The position numbers and the translations under genes are program-made. Source: Lutimonas sp. (GTDB lineage Bacteria; Bacteroidota; Bacteroidia; Flavobacteriales; Flavobacteriaceae). From it: DNA of 64,000 nt. Under the pieces are notes generated by a model that was given only the letters and a program-made list of their open reading frames with translations, had not been told where the DNA came from and made no database searches. The first letter of the stretch is position 1, and every line of letters begins with the position of its first letter. Below are positions 1 through 10,306 of this stretch, piece after piece. The stretch is from positions 591 to 64,590 of the forward strand of contig NZ_JBPCUJ010000110.1 in assembly GCF_051011215.1 (NCBI RefSeq). Reading direction: 5' to 3'.

Positions 1-1
1 T

Positions 2-334
2 GATGCTTCCCAGCAGATCATGGCTGGAAAAAATATTGACAAAAATCTGAATTTCAGTCAGCTTGAAAAAGGAGATCTGATGTTTTTTGGAAAAAAAGCA
101 ACTGACAGCACCAGACAAAGAGTGACTCATGTTGGAATCTGGTTAGACAATGGTCAGGGAGAATTTATACATGCGTCTGGAAAGGTCAAAATTGGATCTA
201 TTGATCCGGCATCATCAAAGTACGACTCTTTTAACACCAATCGTTACTTAGGAAGCAGAAGGTATCTAGGTGTCTCGGACAATATGATTATCAACTTGAA
301 AAAAGAAAATTTCGATCCGGAAATAAAATCTTAA
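2..334 (+). CDS. NlpC/P60 (C40) family cell-wall peptidase, C-terminal part; the 5' end lies upstream of the window
   Basis: The frame is open from nt 2, with no stop before the ORF-track Met at 20. ...QLEKGDLMFFGK...VTHVGIWLDNGQGEFIHASG fits the GDLxFF...HVGIY...FIHAS signature around the catalytic His of NlpC/P60 hydrolases. Confidence 0.6.
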   Translation, partial: DASQQIMAGKNIDKNLNFSQLEKGDLMFFGKKATDSTRQRVTHVGIWLDNGQGEFIHASGKVKIGSIDPASSKYDSFNTNRYLGSRRYLGVSDNMIINLKKENFDPEIKS

Positions 335-340
335 CCATTT

Positions 341-1357
341 TTAGTTCCATTCCCAGCCAAACGATGTTGTAAATACATAATCGTTGTCAGCAGCACCTTC
401 AACCGGCTTATTGTCATAGTTATAGGAAAGACCTAAGCGTATGTAAAAGTCTAATGGTAAATCATATTTCATATCAAAGTTAAAATCAACTCTGTACCTT
501 CCACTTTGTGAAAAACTGGGATAAAGAGCAGCAGCCGTTTGAACACTAAGATCGCCAATGGCATATTTGTTAAATCCCACACCTATATAACCTTCCGTAC
601 TATTTCTGTCTGGAGAGTCACTGGTAAAATTCTCTGTTGTATAGGCAATACCAGCATTGGCATTAAAGAACATCGAATTGTTTCGAATAAAATAATAACC
701 CCCGCCTGCTTGATAAGTCGATCTTAAATCTAATAATTGTTCATCATTGGAGAGATATATCGCCTTTGCATTGACAAACCAGTCATTTGGCAAATAATAA
801 TCTCCACCAAGTTCAGCATCCATTCTATTGATATCAGCAGCGCCTTCCTGTCTGCTGATCACAGTTTTATAAAGACCCCTGGCACGCCATTTATAGGCCA
901 GATATGTAGCACTCAAATTAGTTGTAATCTGTCTAAAGTCATTCGCCTTGGTTACCGTAATTCCCAGATCCATATCCACTGTCAAACGAGATAAAAAAGT
1001 ACCTCCAATAGGCTCTATAAAAACAATATCATTTAAATGGAACTCCTGTTTTTCTCCCTCGACTTCAATTTCAACTATTTTATCCTTTCCTTTGACACTC
1101 GAAATTTTACTGGTAAAACGATCTCCATTGGTGATCGAAACAATAAAACTTTGATGGCTGGTAATTTCCAACACCTCACCCCATTTGATCTTAAAATCTG
1201 AATCGTCATATGAAGTACTAAAAGTTAAAATACTTCTGTCCATTTTTTCCAAGGAACCAACAAGCACATCATTATTTGAAAGCTTTAAGGTGTCTTTTTG
1301 AGCAAGAGCTGCCGATGTAATTATAACAAAAAATGCAAAGAGTAATTGTTTTTTCAT
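341..1357 (-). CDS. Outer-membrane beta-barrel protein, DUF481-like
   Basis: 338-aa ORF with signal peptide MKKQLLFAFFVIITSAALAQ. The C-terminal two thirds are Gly/Tyr/Asn-rich with alternating hydrophobicity and an aromatic C-terminus (...FGWEWN). The DUF481 assignment is from memory only. Confidence 0.5.
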   Translation of the reverse strand: MKKQLLFAFFVIITSAALAQKDTLKLSNNDVLVGSLEKMDRSILTFSTSYDDSDFKIKWGEVLEITSHQSFIVSITNGDRFTSKISSVKGKDKIVEIEVEGEKQEFHLNDIVFIEPIGGTFLSRLTVDMDLGITVTKANDFRQITTNLSATYLAYKWRARGLYKTVISRQEGAADINRMDAELGGDYYLPNDWFVNAKAIYLSNDEQLLDLRSTYQAGGGYYFIRNNSMFFNANAGIAYTTENFTSDSPDRNSTEGYIGVGFNKYAIGDLSVQTAAALYPSFSQSGRYRVDFNFDMKYDLPLDFYIRLGLSYNYDNKPVEGAADNDYVFTTSFGWEWN

Positions 1358-1468
1358 GTCTTGGGGATTTTAAACAAATATAAAAAAACAACTTTTATCT
1401 AACCTTTCAACATTTGCTTTTTTTTCGAATCGTTAAAATTAAGTTCAGTTTAAAAAACAAACACTCTT

Positions 1469-3538
1469 TTAACTAATGTTTGCCCATAAAGATTTGTTCT
1501 TAAGAATTGATTCAAAAGTTTGCCAAACATGTGCATAAGCCGGGTCCGTATGTCCCAAATTTGAATAAGCCACCTCTCGTGCAGCCTTTCTGGCTTTGTA
1601 CAATAAGTCGGCATCATGTACGATATCCGCAATCTTTAAGTTTAATACACCACTTTGCTGAGTCCCCATCAGATCGCCGGGACCTCTTAACTTAAGATCC
1701 ACTTCTGCAATCTTAAATCCATCATTGGTAGACACCATTGTTTGCAGGCGCGTTTTAGCTTCTTTACTCAGTTTCTGGCCCGACATCAGAATACAATAAC
1801 TCTGATCTGCTCCTCTTCCTACTCTGCCCCTTAACTGATGTAGTTGTGACAAGCCAAAACGTTCAGCACTTTCAATGATCATCACGCTGGCATTTGGCAC
1901 ATTCACTCCTACCTCAATGACAGTGGTAGCTACCATGATTTGAGTTTCGCCTTTTACAAAGCGTTGCATTTCGTATTCTTTATCCGCTGATTTCATTTTT
2001 CCATGAACGATGCTGATCCTGAAATCCGGCAATGGAAATTCTCTGGAAATACTTTCATAGCCATCCATTAAATCCTTATAATCCAGTTGTTCAGATTCCT
2101 GAATTAAAGGATAAACAATATACACCTGACGCCCTTTTACAATTTCATCTCTCAAAAATTTGAAAACTGCCAACCGATTATTGTCAAATCGATGAATGGT
2201 TTTGATCATTTTTCTTCCTGGAGGCAATTCATCAATGACAGAAATATCCAGATCTCCATAAACGCTCATGGCCAAGGTTCTCGGAATAGGTGTAGCCGTC
2301 ATCACCAAGATATGAGGAGGTAAGTCGTTTTTCATCCACATTTTTGCCCTTTGTGCAACGCCAAAGCGATGCTGTTCATCTATAATCGCTAATCCAAGAT
2401 TCTTAAAAATCACCTTATCTTCAAAAAGAGCATGTGTACCAATAATAATGTGCAAACTGCCAGATTCCAATTCTTGATGGATAACCCGTCTTTGCGCCGC
2501 TGTAGAAGATCCGGTTAATAGTCGTACGTTGATCCCTAAAGGTAAAAGCAACTCTTCAACGGCCTTAAAATGTTGGGAAGCCAGTATTTCGGTAGGTGCT
2601 ATCAAAGCAGATTGAAAGCCATTATCAATAGCAATGAGCATGGTCAACACCGCCACAATTGTTTTCCCGGACCCAACATCTCCTTGTAACAATCGATTCA
2701 TTTGAGCACCTGTATTAAGATCCTTTCGAATCTCTTTCAATACCATTTTTTGAGCATTGGTCAATTCAAACGGCAAATGATTTTTATAAAATGTATGAAA
2801 ATGATCTCCTACTCTATCAAACACATAACCTTTGTTTTTCGTTTTATTAGTGAGGTTCTTAACAATTAATTGCAATTGAATAAAAAACAGTTCCTCAAAT
2901 TTTAATCGATACCTTGCCTTGGTTAATTGCTCCTGGCTTTGAGGAAAATGAATTGAAAACATGGCCTCATTTTTAGAAATCAATTGTTGTTGATCAATGA
3001 TTTTTTGAGACAAGGTTTCACCAAATTTACCTTTTGCTTCAAAATACAGTTGCTGAACCATTTTCTGCATCACCCGATTACTCACCCCTTTATTAGTTAA
3101 CAATTCTGTAGATCTGTAAACAGGTTGCATGGCGGTTTTAAATCCTTTTTTATATTCGCTTAGCAATTCCATCTCGGGATGCGGCATATTAAAAACTCCA
3201 TTAAAATGGGTCACTTTTCCAAAAATAACATAAGGTACATTTCCTTTAATAGAGTCCTTAATCCATTTCGCACCACGAAACCACACCAGTTCCATTTGAC
3301 CTGAATCATCGGTGAATTGAGCCACCAGCCTGCTGCCTCGTTTTTGTTTTACTGTTCGTAGTCCACTAATCATACCTATCAGTTGAACTTCAGAGCTATT
3401 GGGCTGCAATTCCTTAATTTTATAAAACCGGGTACGATCTATATAGCGATTTGGAAAAAAATTTGCCAGATCTCCGTAGGTAAAAATACCCAGTTCCTTT
3501 CCAAGGATTTGAGCCCGCGATGGACCCACTCCTTTCAA
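1469..3538 (-). CDS. recG: ATP-dependent DNA helicase RecG
   Basis: N-terminal (Y)LKGVGP region, helicase motif I GDVGSGKT, motif II DEQHRFG, TATPIPRT and RGRVGRG. The ORF-track 'M' is a TTG (3536-3538) and the true start is uncertain (see finding). Confidence 0.9.
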   Translation of the reverse strand: MKGVGPSRAQILGKELGIFTYGDLANFFPNRYIDRTRFYKIKELQPNSSEVQLIGMISGLRTVKQKRGSRLVAQFTDDSGQMELVWFRGAKWIKDSIKGNVPYVIFGKVTHFNGVFNMPHPEMELLSEYKKGFKTAMQPVYRSTELLTNKGVSNRVMQKMVQQLYFEAKGKFGETLSQKIIDQQQLISKNEAMFSIHFPQSQEQLTKARYRLKFEELFFIQLQLIVKNLTNKTKNKGYVFDRVGDHFHTFYKNHLPFELTNAQKMVLKEIRKDLNTGAQMNRLLQGDVGSGKTIVAVLTMLIAIDNGFQSALIAPTEILASQHFKAVEELLLPLGINVRLLTGSSTAAQRRVIHQELESGSLHIIIGTHALFEDKVIFKNLGLAIIDEQHRFGVAQRAKMWMKNDLPPHILVMTATPIPRTLAMSVYGDLDISVIDELPPGRKMIKTIHRFDNNRLAVFKFLRDEIVKGRQVYIVYPLIQESEQLDYKDLMDGYESISREFPLPDFRISIVHGKMKSADKEYEMQRFVKGETQIMVATTVIEVGVNVPNASVMIIESAERFGLSQLHQLRGRVGRGADQSYCILMSGQKLSKEAKTRLQTMVSTNDGFKIAEVDLKLRGPGDLMGTQQSGVLNLKIADIVHDADLLYKARKAAREVAYSNLGHTDPAYAHVWQTFESILKNKSLWANIS

Positions 3539-3646
3539 ATATGATATGGCTGTTTGAAAAATAATAGCGTTGTTTTTTCTTGAATACGAAAATATAAAAC
3601 TTAATTCTTTTCCATATTTTTTACTTTTGATTTTTATTAAACTTTT

Positions 3647-4402
3647 ATGACAAATTCTGATTTAAAGGAAATCCTTGATGAAAAAGTGTTTCAATACAAC
3701 AATCCACGATTTATTGAAACCGATCCAATTCAAATTCCGCATCAATTTAAAAGCAAAGAAGACATTGAAATATCTGCCTTTTTAACAGCTATCATTTCGT
3801 GGGGAAACAGAAAAATGATCATTAAAAATGCCCAGAGAATAGTTGATATCATGGGGAATTCACCCTACGACTTTGTCATGGAATCAGGCCTGAAAAATCA
3901 AGAAGATTTTGTTCACAGAACGTTTAACACAATCGATTTACAGTATTTTATCAAAGCGCTTCGACATATTTATCAACACCATGGTGGCTTAGAGAATGTG
4001 TTTAAGGCAAATGCCCTTCCCGGTGATCTGCAGCATAGTATTCATCATTTTAAAAAAGTGTTTTTTGAAATTGACCATCCTTTAAGAACTCAAAAGCATG
4101 TTTCTGATCCTAAAAAGGGATCTGCAGCAAAAAGAATCAATATGTTTTTAAGATGGATGGTACGATCTGATGCTGCCGGGGTTGATTTCGGTATATGGCA
4201 GGAACTATCGCCTTCTATGCTTTCCTGTCCCTTAGACGTTCATTCGGGAAATGTAGCCCGTAAACTGGGACTCTTACAACGAAAGCAAAATGATGCCAGG
4301 GCCTTATATGAATTGGATCAAAACCTCAGAAAAATGGATGCAAAAGATCCCGTCAAATACGACTTTGCACTTTTTGGAATGGGGGTATTTGAAAAGTTCT
4401 GA
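3647..4402 (+). CDS. TIGR02757/DUF2400 family protein, function unknown
   Basis: 251-aa ORF with an ATG start, divergent from recG. The family is recognised from memory of conserved Bacteroidota proteins, and I can name no catalytic motif. Confidence 0.55.
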   Translation: MTNSDLKEILDEKVFQYNNPRFIETDPIQIPHQFKSKEDIEISAFLTAIISWGNRKMIIKNAQRIVDIMGNSPYDFVMESGLKNQEDFVHRTFNTIDLQYFIKALRHIYQHHGGLENVFKANALPGDLQHSIHHFKKVFFEIDHPLRTQKHVSDPKKGSAAKRINMFLRWMVRSDAAGVDFGIWQELSPSMLSCPLDVHSGNVARKLGLLQRKQNDARALYELDQNLRKMDAKDPVKYDFALFGMGVFEKF

Positions 4403-4475
4403 GACACTTCGAAACAAGACCTGCCTATTTTTATCTTAATCATAGGAAGCTCACTTAAACTGAAGTTTATTTGAC

Positions 4476-4483
4476 TACCTTTG
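4476..4483 (+). promoter_or_regulatory. Bacteroidota sigma-A type -7 box TAccTTTG
   Basis: Exact TAnnTTTG match 21 nt upstream of ATG 4505. Its terminal TTG is the ORF-track 'start' at 4481. Confidence 0.4.
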
Positions 4484-4504
4484 CGGCCTAAAAATCAATT
4501 ACTG

Positions 4505-5740
4505 ATGCGTTTACATAGAAATTTAGTATTTGCTGTAATATCGGCACTCGACCTTATCTATAATGAAAAAGAATATGCAGATAAAGTGGTCCAAAAAACC
4601 TTGAAGCTGGATAAGAGATGGGGAGCACGTGACAGAAAATTTGTTGCAGAAACGATCTATGATATGGTGAGGTGGAAAAGGCTTTACAACGAGATTGCCG
4701 GAACCAAAGGTCATTACACAAGGGACAATCTGTGGAAAAACTTTGCAGTATGGGCCACCTTAAAAGGAATTTCTCTGCCCGACTGGAGGTATTTTACAGG
4801 AACACCTACCCGAAGAATCAAAGGAAAGTTTGATGAATTGCAAAGTATCAGAAAATTCCGTGAATCTATTCCTGACTGGATGGATGAGGTTGGTTCGGCC
4901 GAGTTAGGTAAAAAATGGGATACAGAACTTACTGAATTAAATAAGCAAGCCAGGGTTATCCTGAGGGTAAACAGCTTAAAAACGTCACGAAAAGAACTTC
5001 TAAATTTATTACGTGAAGAAGAAATAGATACAGAAGAAGTGCCAAATGTGCCGGATGCTCTGGTACTGGTTGAACGAAAAAATGTATTTCTTACCCAGGC
5101 CTTTAAAAAAGGGCTGTTTGAAGTTCAAGATGCCTCTTCACAATTAGTGGCTCCTTTTTTAGATGTAAAACCAGGTCAACGAGTCATTGACACCTGTGCA
5201 GGAGCTGGAGGAAAAACCTTGCACCTGGCATCTTTAATGGAAAACAAAGGTCAGATTATTGCCCTGGATATTTATGGACATAAACTGGCAGAGTTAAAGA
5301 AAAGAGCCAAAAGAGATGGAGCTCATAATATTGAGACCAGGACCATTGAAGGAACCAAGACCATCAAGAAATTGAAAGGAAAGGCAGATCGGGTACTCAT
5401 TGATGCGCCATGCAGTGGAATTGGTGTTTTAAAAAGAAACCCTGATTCAAAATGGAAACTAAACGCTGACTTCCTGGATAGAATAAGGAACACACAGGCA
5501 GAAATTCTTGACCAATATGCATCCATGGTAAAAACAGGTGGTAAACTTGTGTATGCAACCTGTTCGATACTTCCATCGGAAAACGAAAACCAGGTCAAGG
5601 CATTTTTAAAAAATCATTCAGAATTCAAATTGATAAGAGACAAAAAGGTTTCTCCTGCTGCCTCTGGCTTCGATGGTTTTTATATGGCCTTGTTAGAAAA
5701 GAACCCCCTCTTAAAAAACAAGGTAGGTCTTGTTTGGTAA
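4505..5740 (+). CDS. RsmB/NOP2 family SAM-dependent RNA (cytosine-C5) methyltransferase
   Basis: SAM-binding motif VIDTCAGAGGKT plus the catalytic Cys motifs IDAPCSGIG and YATCS. The start is moved to the first ATG because 4481 lies inside a promoter box. Confidence 0.8.
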   Translation: MRLHRNLVFAVISALDLIYNEKEYADKVVQKTLKLDKRWGARDRKFVAETIYDMVRWKRLYNEIAGTKGHYTRDNLWKNFAVWATLKGISLPDWRYFTGTPTRRIKGKFDELQSIRKFRESIPDWMDEVGSAELGKKWDTELTELNKQARVILRVNSLKTSRKELLNLLREEEIDTEEVPNVPDALVLVERKNVFLTQAFKKGLFEVQDASSQLVAPFLDVKPGQRVIDTCAGAGGKTLHLASLMENKGQIIALDIYGHKLAELKKRAKRDGAHNIETRTIEGTKTIKKLKGKADRVLIDAPCSGIGVLKRNPDSKWKLNADFLDRIRNTQAEILDQYASMVKTGGKLVYATCSILPSENENQVKAFLKNHSEFKLIRDKKVSPAASGFDGFYMALLEKNPLLKNKVGLVW

Positions 5741-5889
5741 TCCAGCTACAATTCCTTTTTAAACCAAGATTGATGGCGTTTACAAAAGGCTCGCTTGTAA
5801 TTACTTCTACTGACGCATCAAGTCTGAATGCGATGAACATTTTATTGAATATTATTAACATTGACTGTTATATTACAAGGACAATTGAT

Positions 5890-5897
5890 TAAATTTG
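5890..5897 (+). promoter_or_regulatory. -7 box TAaaTTTG upstream of purL
   Basis: Exact TAnnTTTG match. Its TTG (5895-5897) is the ORF-track start, and the first in-frame ATG is 33 nt downstream at 5931. Confidence 0.4.
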
Positions 5898-5930
5898 CAC
5901 TTTTCAAAATCCAAAGATAAAACGCGTCTA

Positions 5931-8900
5931 ATGATCTACTTTTTTACCCAGAATCAAACAATATTTGCTGTTTCTTCACCTTCAAAAATTGATGAGAATA
6001 CCATTGAAAAATTAACCTGGCTTTTTGGTAATGCCAAAAAACTACCTGAAACATCAGTCAGTGGTAGTTTTATCGGGCCCAGAAAAGAGATGATCAGTCC
6101 CTGGAGTACAAATGCTGTGGAAATAACCCAGAACATGGGGATTTCGGGCATTACAAGAATTGAAGAATTTTTTAAGACTGATGAAGAACAGCCTTTATTT
6201 GACCCAATGATTCAACATCATTACAATCAACTGGATCAGGAACTTTTTACAGTAGATATTGAACCTGAATCTATTCAGGACATTGAAGACATAGCTGCAT
6301 ATAATGAATCTGAGGGATTAGCCCTGAGTGAAGATGAGGTACATTATTTAAATGACCTGGCAGATAAACTTGGACGGAAATTAACAGATTCTGAAATTTT
6401 TGGTTTTTCACAGGTAAATTCAGAGCATTGCAGACATAAAATATTCAACGGAACATTTGTTATTGATGGAAAAGAGCAACCTCATTCTCTTTTTAAAATG
6501 ATTAAGAAAACCTCTGTTGAAAATCCAAACACCATTGTATCAGCTTATAAAGACAACGTTGCTTTTATAGAAGGTCCGGTGATCGAGCAATTTGCACCAA
6601 AATCATCCGACAAACCAGATTTTTATCAAAATAAAAATATAAAATCGGTGATTTCTTTAAAGGCGGAAACCCATAATTTCCCAACGACCGTAGAGCCATT
6701 TAATGGAGCTGCTACTGGTTCGGGAGGTGAAATTCGCGATAGACTGGCCGGTGGAAAAGGATCCTTGCCACTGGCAGGAACTGCTGTATATATGACACCT
6801 TATTCAAGGTTGTCCCAAGACAGACCCTGGGAGAATATGACCGAAAGAAAATGGCTTTACCAGACGCCAATTGACTTGTTGATCAAGGCATCCAACGGTG
6901 CATCAGATTTTGGAAATAAATTTGGACAACCATTGATTTCCGGTTCGCTCTATACTTTCGAACATGAAGAACATAAAAGGAAGTTAGGTTTTGATAAAGT
7001 AATCATGCTGGCTGGAGGAATTGGCTATGGGAAAGCAGCGGATAGTTTAAAAGACAAACCAAAGGAAGGTGATAGTATTATTCTTTTGGGAGGCGATAAT
7101 TATCGAATCGGAATGGGAGGCGCTGCAGTTTCTTCCGCAGATACGGGAGAATTCAATACAGCCATCACCTTAAATGCCGTTCAACGATCAAATCCTGAGA
7201 TGCAAAAAAGGGTGGCCAATACGATCCGTGGCATGGTTGAAGGAGAAGAAAACAATATCGTATCCATCCATGACCATGGTGCAGGCGGACATTTAAATTG
7301 CCTATCGGAATTGGTGGAAGAAACCGGAGGATTGATCAACTTGGATGCTCTACCAGTTGGGGACAAAACCTTGTCTTCCAAAGAAATCATTGGGAATGAA
7401 TCTCAGGAGAGAATGGGCTTGGTGATCAATGAAAAAGATTTAGACTATCTGCATAGAATCGCAGACAGGGAACGGTCTCCTATTTATGATGTAGGCCAGG
7501 TAACTGATGATTTCAGATTTACGTTTAAATCTGAAAAAAGCGGTGAAAAACCTATGGATTTTGATTTGGCAGACATGTTTGGCAGTTCGCCTCAGACAAT
7601 AATGAAGGACAAAAGTCTAGACAGAAAATATGCAGCACTAAGCTATGATACCCAAAAGATTTATAAGGATACTGAAAATCTGCTTCAACTCGAAGCAGTT
7701 GCCTGTAAAGATTGGCTGACCAACAAGGTAGACCGATGTGTTGGAGGTAAGGTGGCAAAACAACAATGTGCCGGGGCTTTGCAACTCCCTTTAAATGATG
7801 TTGGCGTGATGGCCCTGGATTTTCAAGGGAAAAATGGCATTGCTACTTCTATAGGGCATGCAGTTGCAAGTTCTTTGATCGATGAAAGAGCCGGATCCAA
7901 AAACGCCATTGCCGAAGCTTTAACAAATATCGTTTGGGCTCCTTTAAAAGACGGATTACAATCAGTTTCGCTGTCAGCAAACTGGATGTGGCCTTGTAGA
8001 AATGAAGGAGAAGATGCCAGATTATACAATGCCGTAGAGGCAGTATCAGAATTCTCAATTGCTCTTGGAATCAACGTTCCAACAGGAAAAGATTCGCTAT
8101 CCATGAAACAAAAATACCAGGACGAAGAAGTAATTGCTCCTGGAACAGTGATTATCTCAGCAGCAGGAGAATGTTCAGACATACAGCGTGTCATAGAACC
8201 AGTTTTCAAATTAAGTACGACAAATAAAATATACTACCTGGATTTTTCGAAAGATGCATTCCATTTGGGAGGATCCAGTTTTGCACAGATTCGAAACGGA
8301 GTTGGAGCTCAGACCCCAACCGTTGAAGATGCTGCTTATTTTAAAGCATGTTTCAATACGGTTCAAGATCTAATTAAAAGAGATTTAATATCGGCAGGAC
8401 ATGATATTTCAGCTGGAGGTATGCTTACCACACTTCTTGAAATGTGTTTCGCGGAAAACAATGTAGGTGCTGAAATTGATTTGAGTCAAATAGATGAAAA
8501 AGATGCTGCCAAATTACTTTTTTCAGAAAAAAGCGGCGTTATTATTCAAAGTAACGGATCCTCTGAAGTAGAAGAAATTCTAAACCTCAATAAAATAAGC
8601 TATACAGAAATAGGGAAAGCCGTACAAAGTTCTGCTCTTGAAATAAAGAATTTTGATCTTCAATTTGATATCCCTACCTATAGAGACTTTTGGTATACAA
8701 CATCCTATTTATTAGACAAAGAGCAAACCGCACATAATTTAGCCCAAGATCGATTCAATAATTATAAGAATCAGCCATTACACTATATTTTCCCTCAAAA
8801 CTTTACGGGTAAACTTCCCGCTATTGACGCTACAAAACCAAGACCAAAAGCGGCAATTATCAGGGAAAAAGGATCCAATAGTGAAAGAGAAATGGCCAAT

Positions 8901-9587
8901 GCCATGTATCTGGCAGGTTTTGATGTGAAAGATGTACACATGACAGATCTTATCAGCGGACGCGAGAATTTAGAAGACATTCAGTTTATTGGAGCCGTTG
9001 GAGGTTTTTCCAATTCAGATGTTTTGGGTTCTGCCAAAGGATGGGCCGGAGCCTTTTTATACAATGAAACAGCTAATAAAACACTTAAAAAATTCTTTGA
9101 AAGAGAGGATACCTTGTCTGTAGGTATCTGCAATGGCTGTCAATTATTTGTTGAATTAGAAATGATCAATCCCGATCATGCATCCACACCTAAAATGCTT
9201 CACAATGATTCTCACAAACATGAAAGTGCCTTTACATCTGTACAGATTCAAAAGAACAATTCAGTGATGCTCTCCAGTTTAGAAGGTTTAAAACTGGGGG
9301 TATGGATATCGCATGGAGAAGGAAAGTTTAGTTTCCCTTACGAAGAGTCCAAATACAATATTGTAGCCAAATATGGGTATGAGCAATATCCTGCCAACCC
9401 GAATGGGTCTGATTACAACACTGCCATGATGGCTAGTGATGACGGAAGACATTTGGTGATGATGCCCCATATTGAAAGATCGATTTTCCAATGGAACTGG
9501 GCGAATTATCCAGAAAACAGACAGGATGAAGTGAGTCCTTGGCTGGAGGCATTTGTCAATGCCCGCAAATGGATTGAATTGAAATAA
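5931..9587 (+). CDS. purL: Phosphoribosylformylglycinamidine (FGAM) synthase, single-chain large form
   Basis: 1218 aa from ATG 5931. Carries SEHCRHKIF and DHGAGGH motifs and a C-terminal glutamine amidotransferase with the GICNGCQ nucleophile and MMPHIERS. Confidence 0.93.
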   Translation: MIYFFTQNQTIFAVSSPSKIDENTIEKLTWLFGNAKKLPETSVSGSFIGPRKEMISPWSTNAVEITQNMGISGITRIEEFFKTDEEQPLFDPMIQHHYNQLDQELFTVDIEPESIQDIEDIAAYNESEGLALSEDEVHYLNDLADKLGRKLTDSEIFGFSQVNSEHCRHKIFNGTFVIDGKEQPHSLFKMIKKTSVENPNTIVSAYKDNVAFIEGPVIEQFAPKSSDKPDFYQNKNIKSVISLKAETHNFPTTVEPFNGAATGSGGEIRDRLAGGKGSLPLAGTAVYMTPYSRLSQDRPWENMTERKWLYQTPIDLLIKASNGASDFGNKFGQPLISGSLYTFEHEEHKRKLGFDKVIMLAGGIGYGKAADSLKDKPKEGDSIILLGGDNYRIGMGGAAVSSADTGEFNTAITLNAVQRSNPEMQKRVANTIRGMVEGEENNIVSIHDHGAGGHLNCLSELVEETGGLINLDALPVGDKTLSSKEIIGNESQERMGLVINEKDLDYLHRIADRERSPIYDVGQVTDDFRFTFKSEKSGEKPMDFDLADMFGSSPQTIMKDKSLDRKYAALSYDTQKIYKDTENLLQLEAVACKDWLTNKVDRCVGGKVAKQQCAGALQLPLNDVGVMALDFQGKNGIATSIGHAVASSLIDERAGSKNAIAEALTNIVWAPLKDGLQSVSLSANWMWPCRNEGEDARLYNAVEAVSEFSIALGINVPTGKDSLSMKQKYQDEEVIAPGTVIISAAGECSDIQRVIEPVFKLSTTNKIYYLDFSKDAFHLGGSSFAQIRNGVGAQTPTVEDAAYFKACFNTVQDLIKRDLISAGHDISAGGMLTTLLEMCFAENNVGAEIDLSQIDEKDAAKLLFSEKSGVIIQSNGSSEVEEILNLNKISYTEIGKAVQSSALEIKNFDLQFDIPTYRDFWYTTSYLLDKEQTAHNLAQDRFNNYKNQPLHYIFPQNFTGKLPAIDATKPRPKAAIIREKGSNSEREMANAMYLAGFDVKDVHMTDLISGRENLEDIQFIGAVGGFSNSDVLGSAKGWAGAFLYNETANKTLKKFFEREDTLSVGICNGCQLFVELEMINPDHASTPKMLHNDSHKHESAFTSVQIQKNNSVMLSSLEGLKLGVWISHGEGKFSFPYEESKYNIVAKYGYEQYPANPNGSDYNTAMMASDDGRHLVMMPHIERSIFQWNWANYPENRQDEVSPWLEAFVNARKWIELK

Positions 9588-9610
9588 ATCTGTTCCTTGC
9601 TAAATATAAT

Positions 9611-9643
9611 GCCGGTTCTTTAAAAAAGAACCGGCATTTTTTT
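9611..9643 (+). terminator. Rho-independent terminator of purL
   Basis: Perfect 10-bp stem GCCGGTTCTT/AAGAACCGGC with a 5-nt loop, followed by A then T7. It begins 24 nt after the purL stop. Confidence 0.75.
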
Positions 9644-9688
9644 GTAATTGAAACTGCGATTGTCGTACTAAAAATCAAACGATAATTT

Positions 9689-10306
9689 ATGAGCCTGGTC
9701 CTTCACTTCATTTTTGGTTTCTCCACTTCCTTCTTAGGAATGGTATTTCCCAGCATGTTAAATATGACCACGGTTAAAATTAGTCTGGAACGAGGTAAAA
9801 CCAAGGCCAACTATTTTGCTTTTGGAGTGGCAACCACGGTGATCGTGCAAGCTTATATTGCGGTCTTTTTAAGTGAATATCTAATGAAACATCCAGATGT
9901 AATTGATGTACTTCAAACTTTGTCTTCTGTGATTTTTGCCGGATTAGCCGCCTATTTCTTTTTGGCCTTTAAGAAAGATAAACAAAAGGACACATCGATA
10001 AAAAAGGACTGTAGAAATACATTTTTAATTGGTCTTTTACTGTCTGCTGTAAATATGTTTTCCATCCCTTTTTATTACGGAGTAACCACATTTTTAGGAA
10101 GTCAGGGCTTGTTTCAATTAAAAAGTTCACATGTGTTCTTATTTGTTGCAGGATCTGCCATTGGCAGTTTTATGATTTTATGGGTGTACCCCCATTTTAT
10201 TCGAAAAATTTCTAAAAAAGAACGGAACCAAAAATACAATATGAATTTGATTCTTGGTTCTCTTACTGCAGCATTTAGTCTGTTAACGCTCGTAAGAATG
10301 ATCTGA
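9689..10306 (+). CDS. LysE/RhtB-type amino-acid exporter family membrane protein
   Basis: 205 aa with about six hydrophobic helices. Size and N-terminal pattern are typical of LysE-family translocators (recognised from memory). Confidence 0.55.
   Translation: MSLVLHFIFGFSTSFLGMVFPSMLNMTTVKISLERGKTKANYFAFGVATTVIVQAYIAVFLSEYLMKHPDVIDVLQTLSSVIFAGLAAYFFLAFKKDKQKDTSIKKDCRNTFLIGLLLSAVNMFSIPFYYGVTTFLGSQGLFQLKSSHVFLFVAGSAIGSFMILWVYPHFIRKISKKERNQKYNMNLILGSLTAAFSLLTLVRMI

Noticed and set aside
5741-5930. Possible purine riboswitch or other leader RNA in the 190-nt region upstream of purL, and the 78-aa minus-strand ORF 5625-5861
   Set aside because: I could not find the conserved purine-riboswitch junction sequences or a convincing three-way junction, only short weak hairpins. 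The ORF overlaps the 3' end of the methyltransferase gene and has no motif support.
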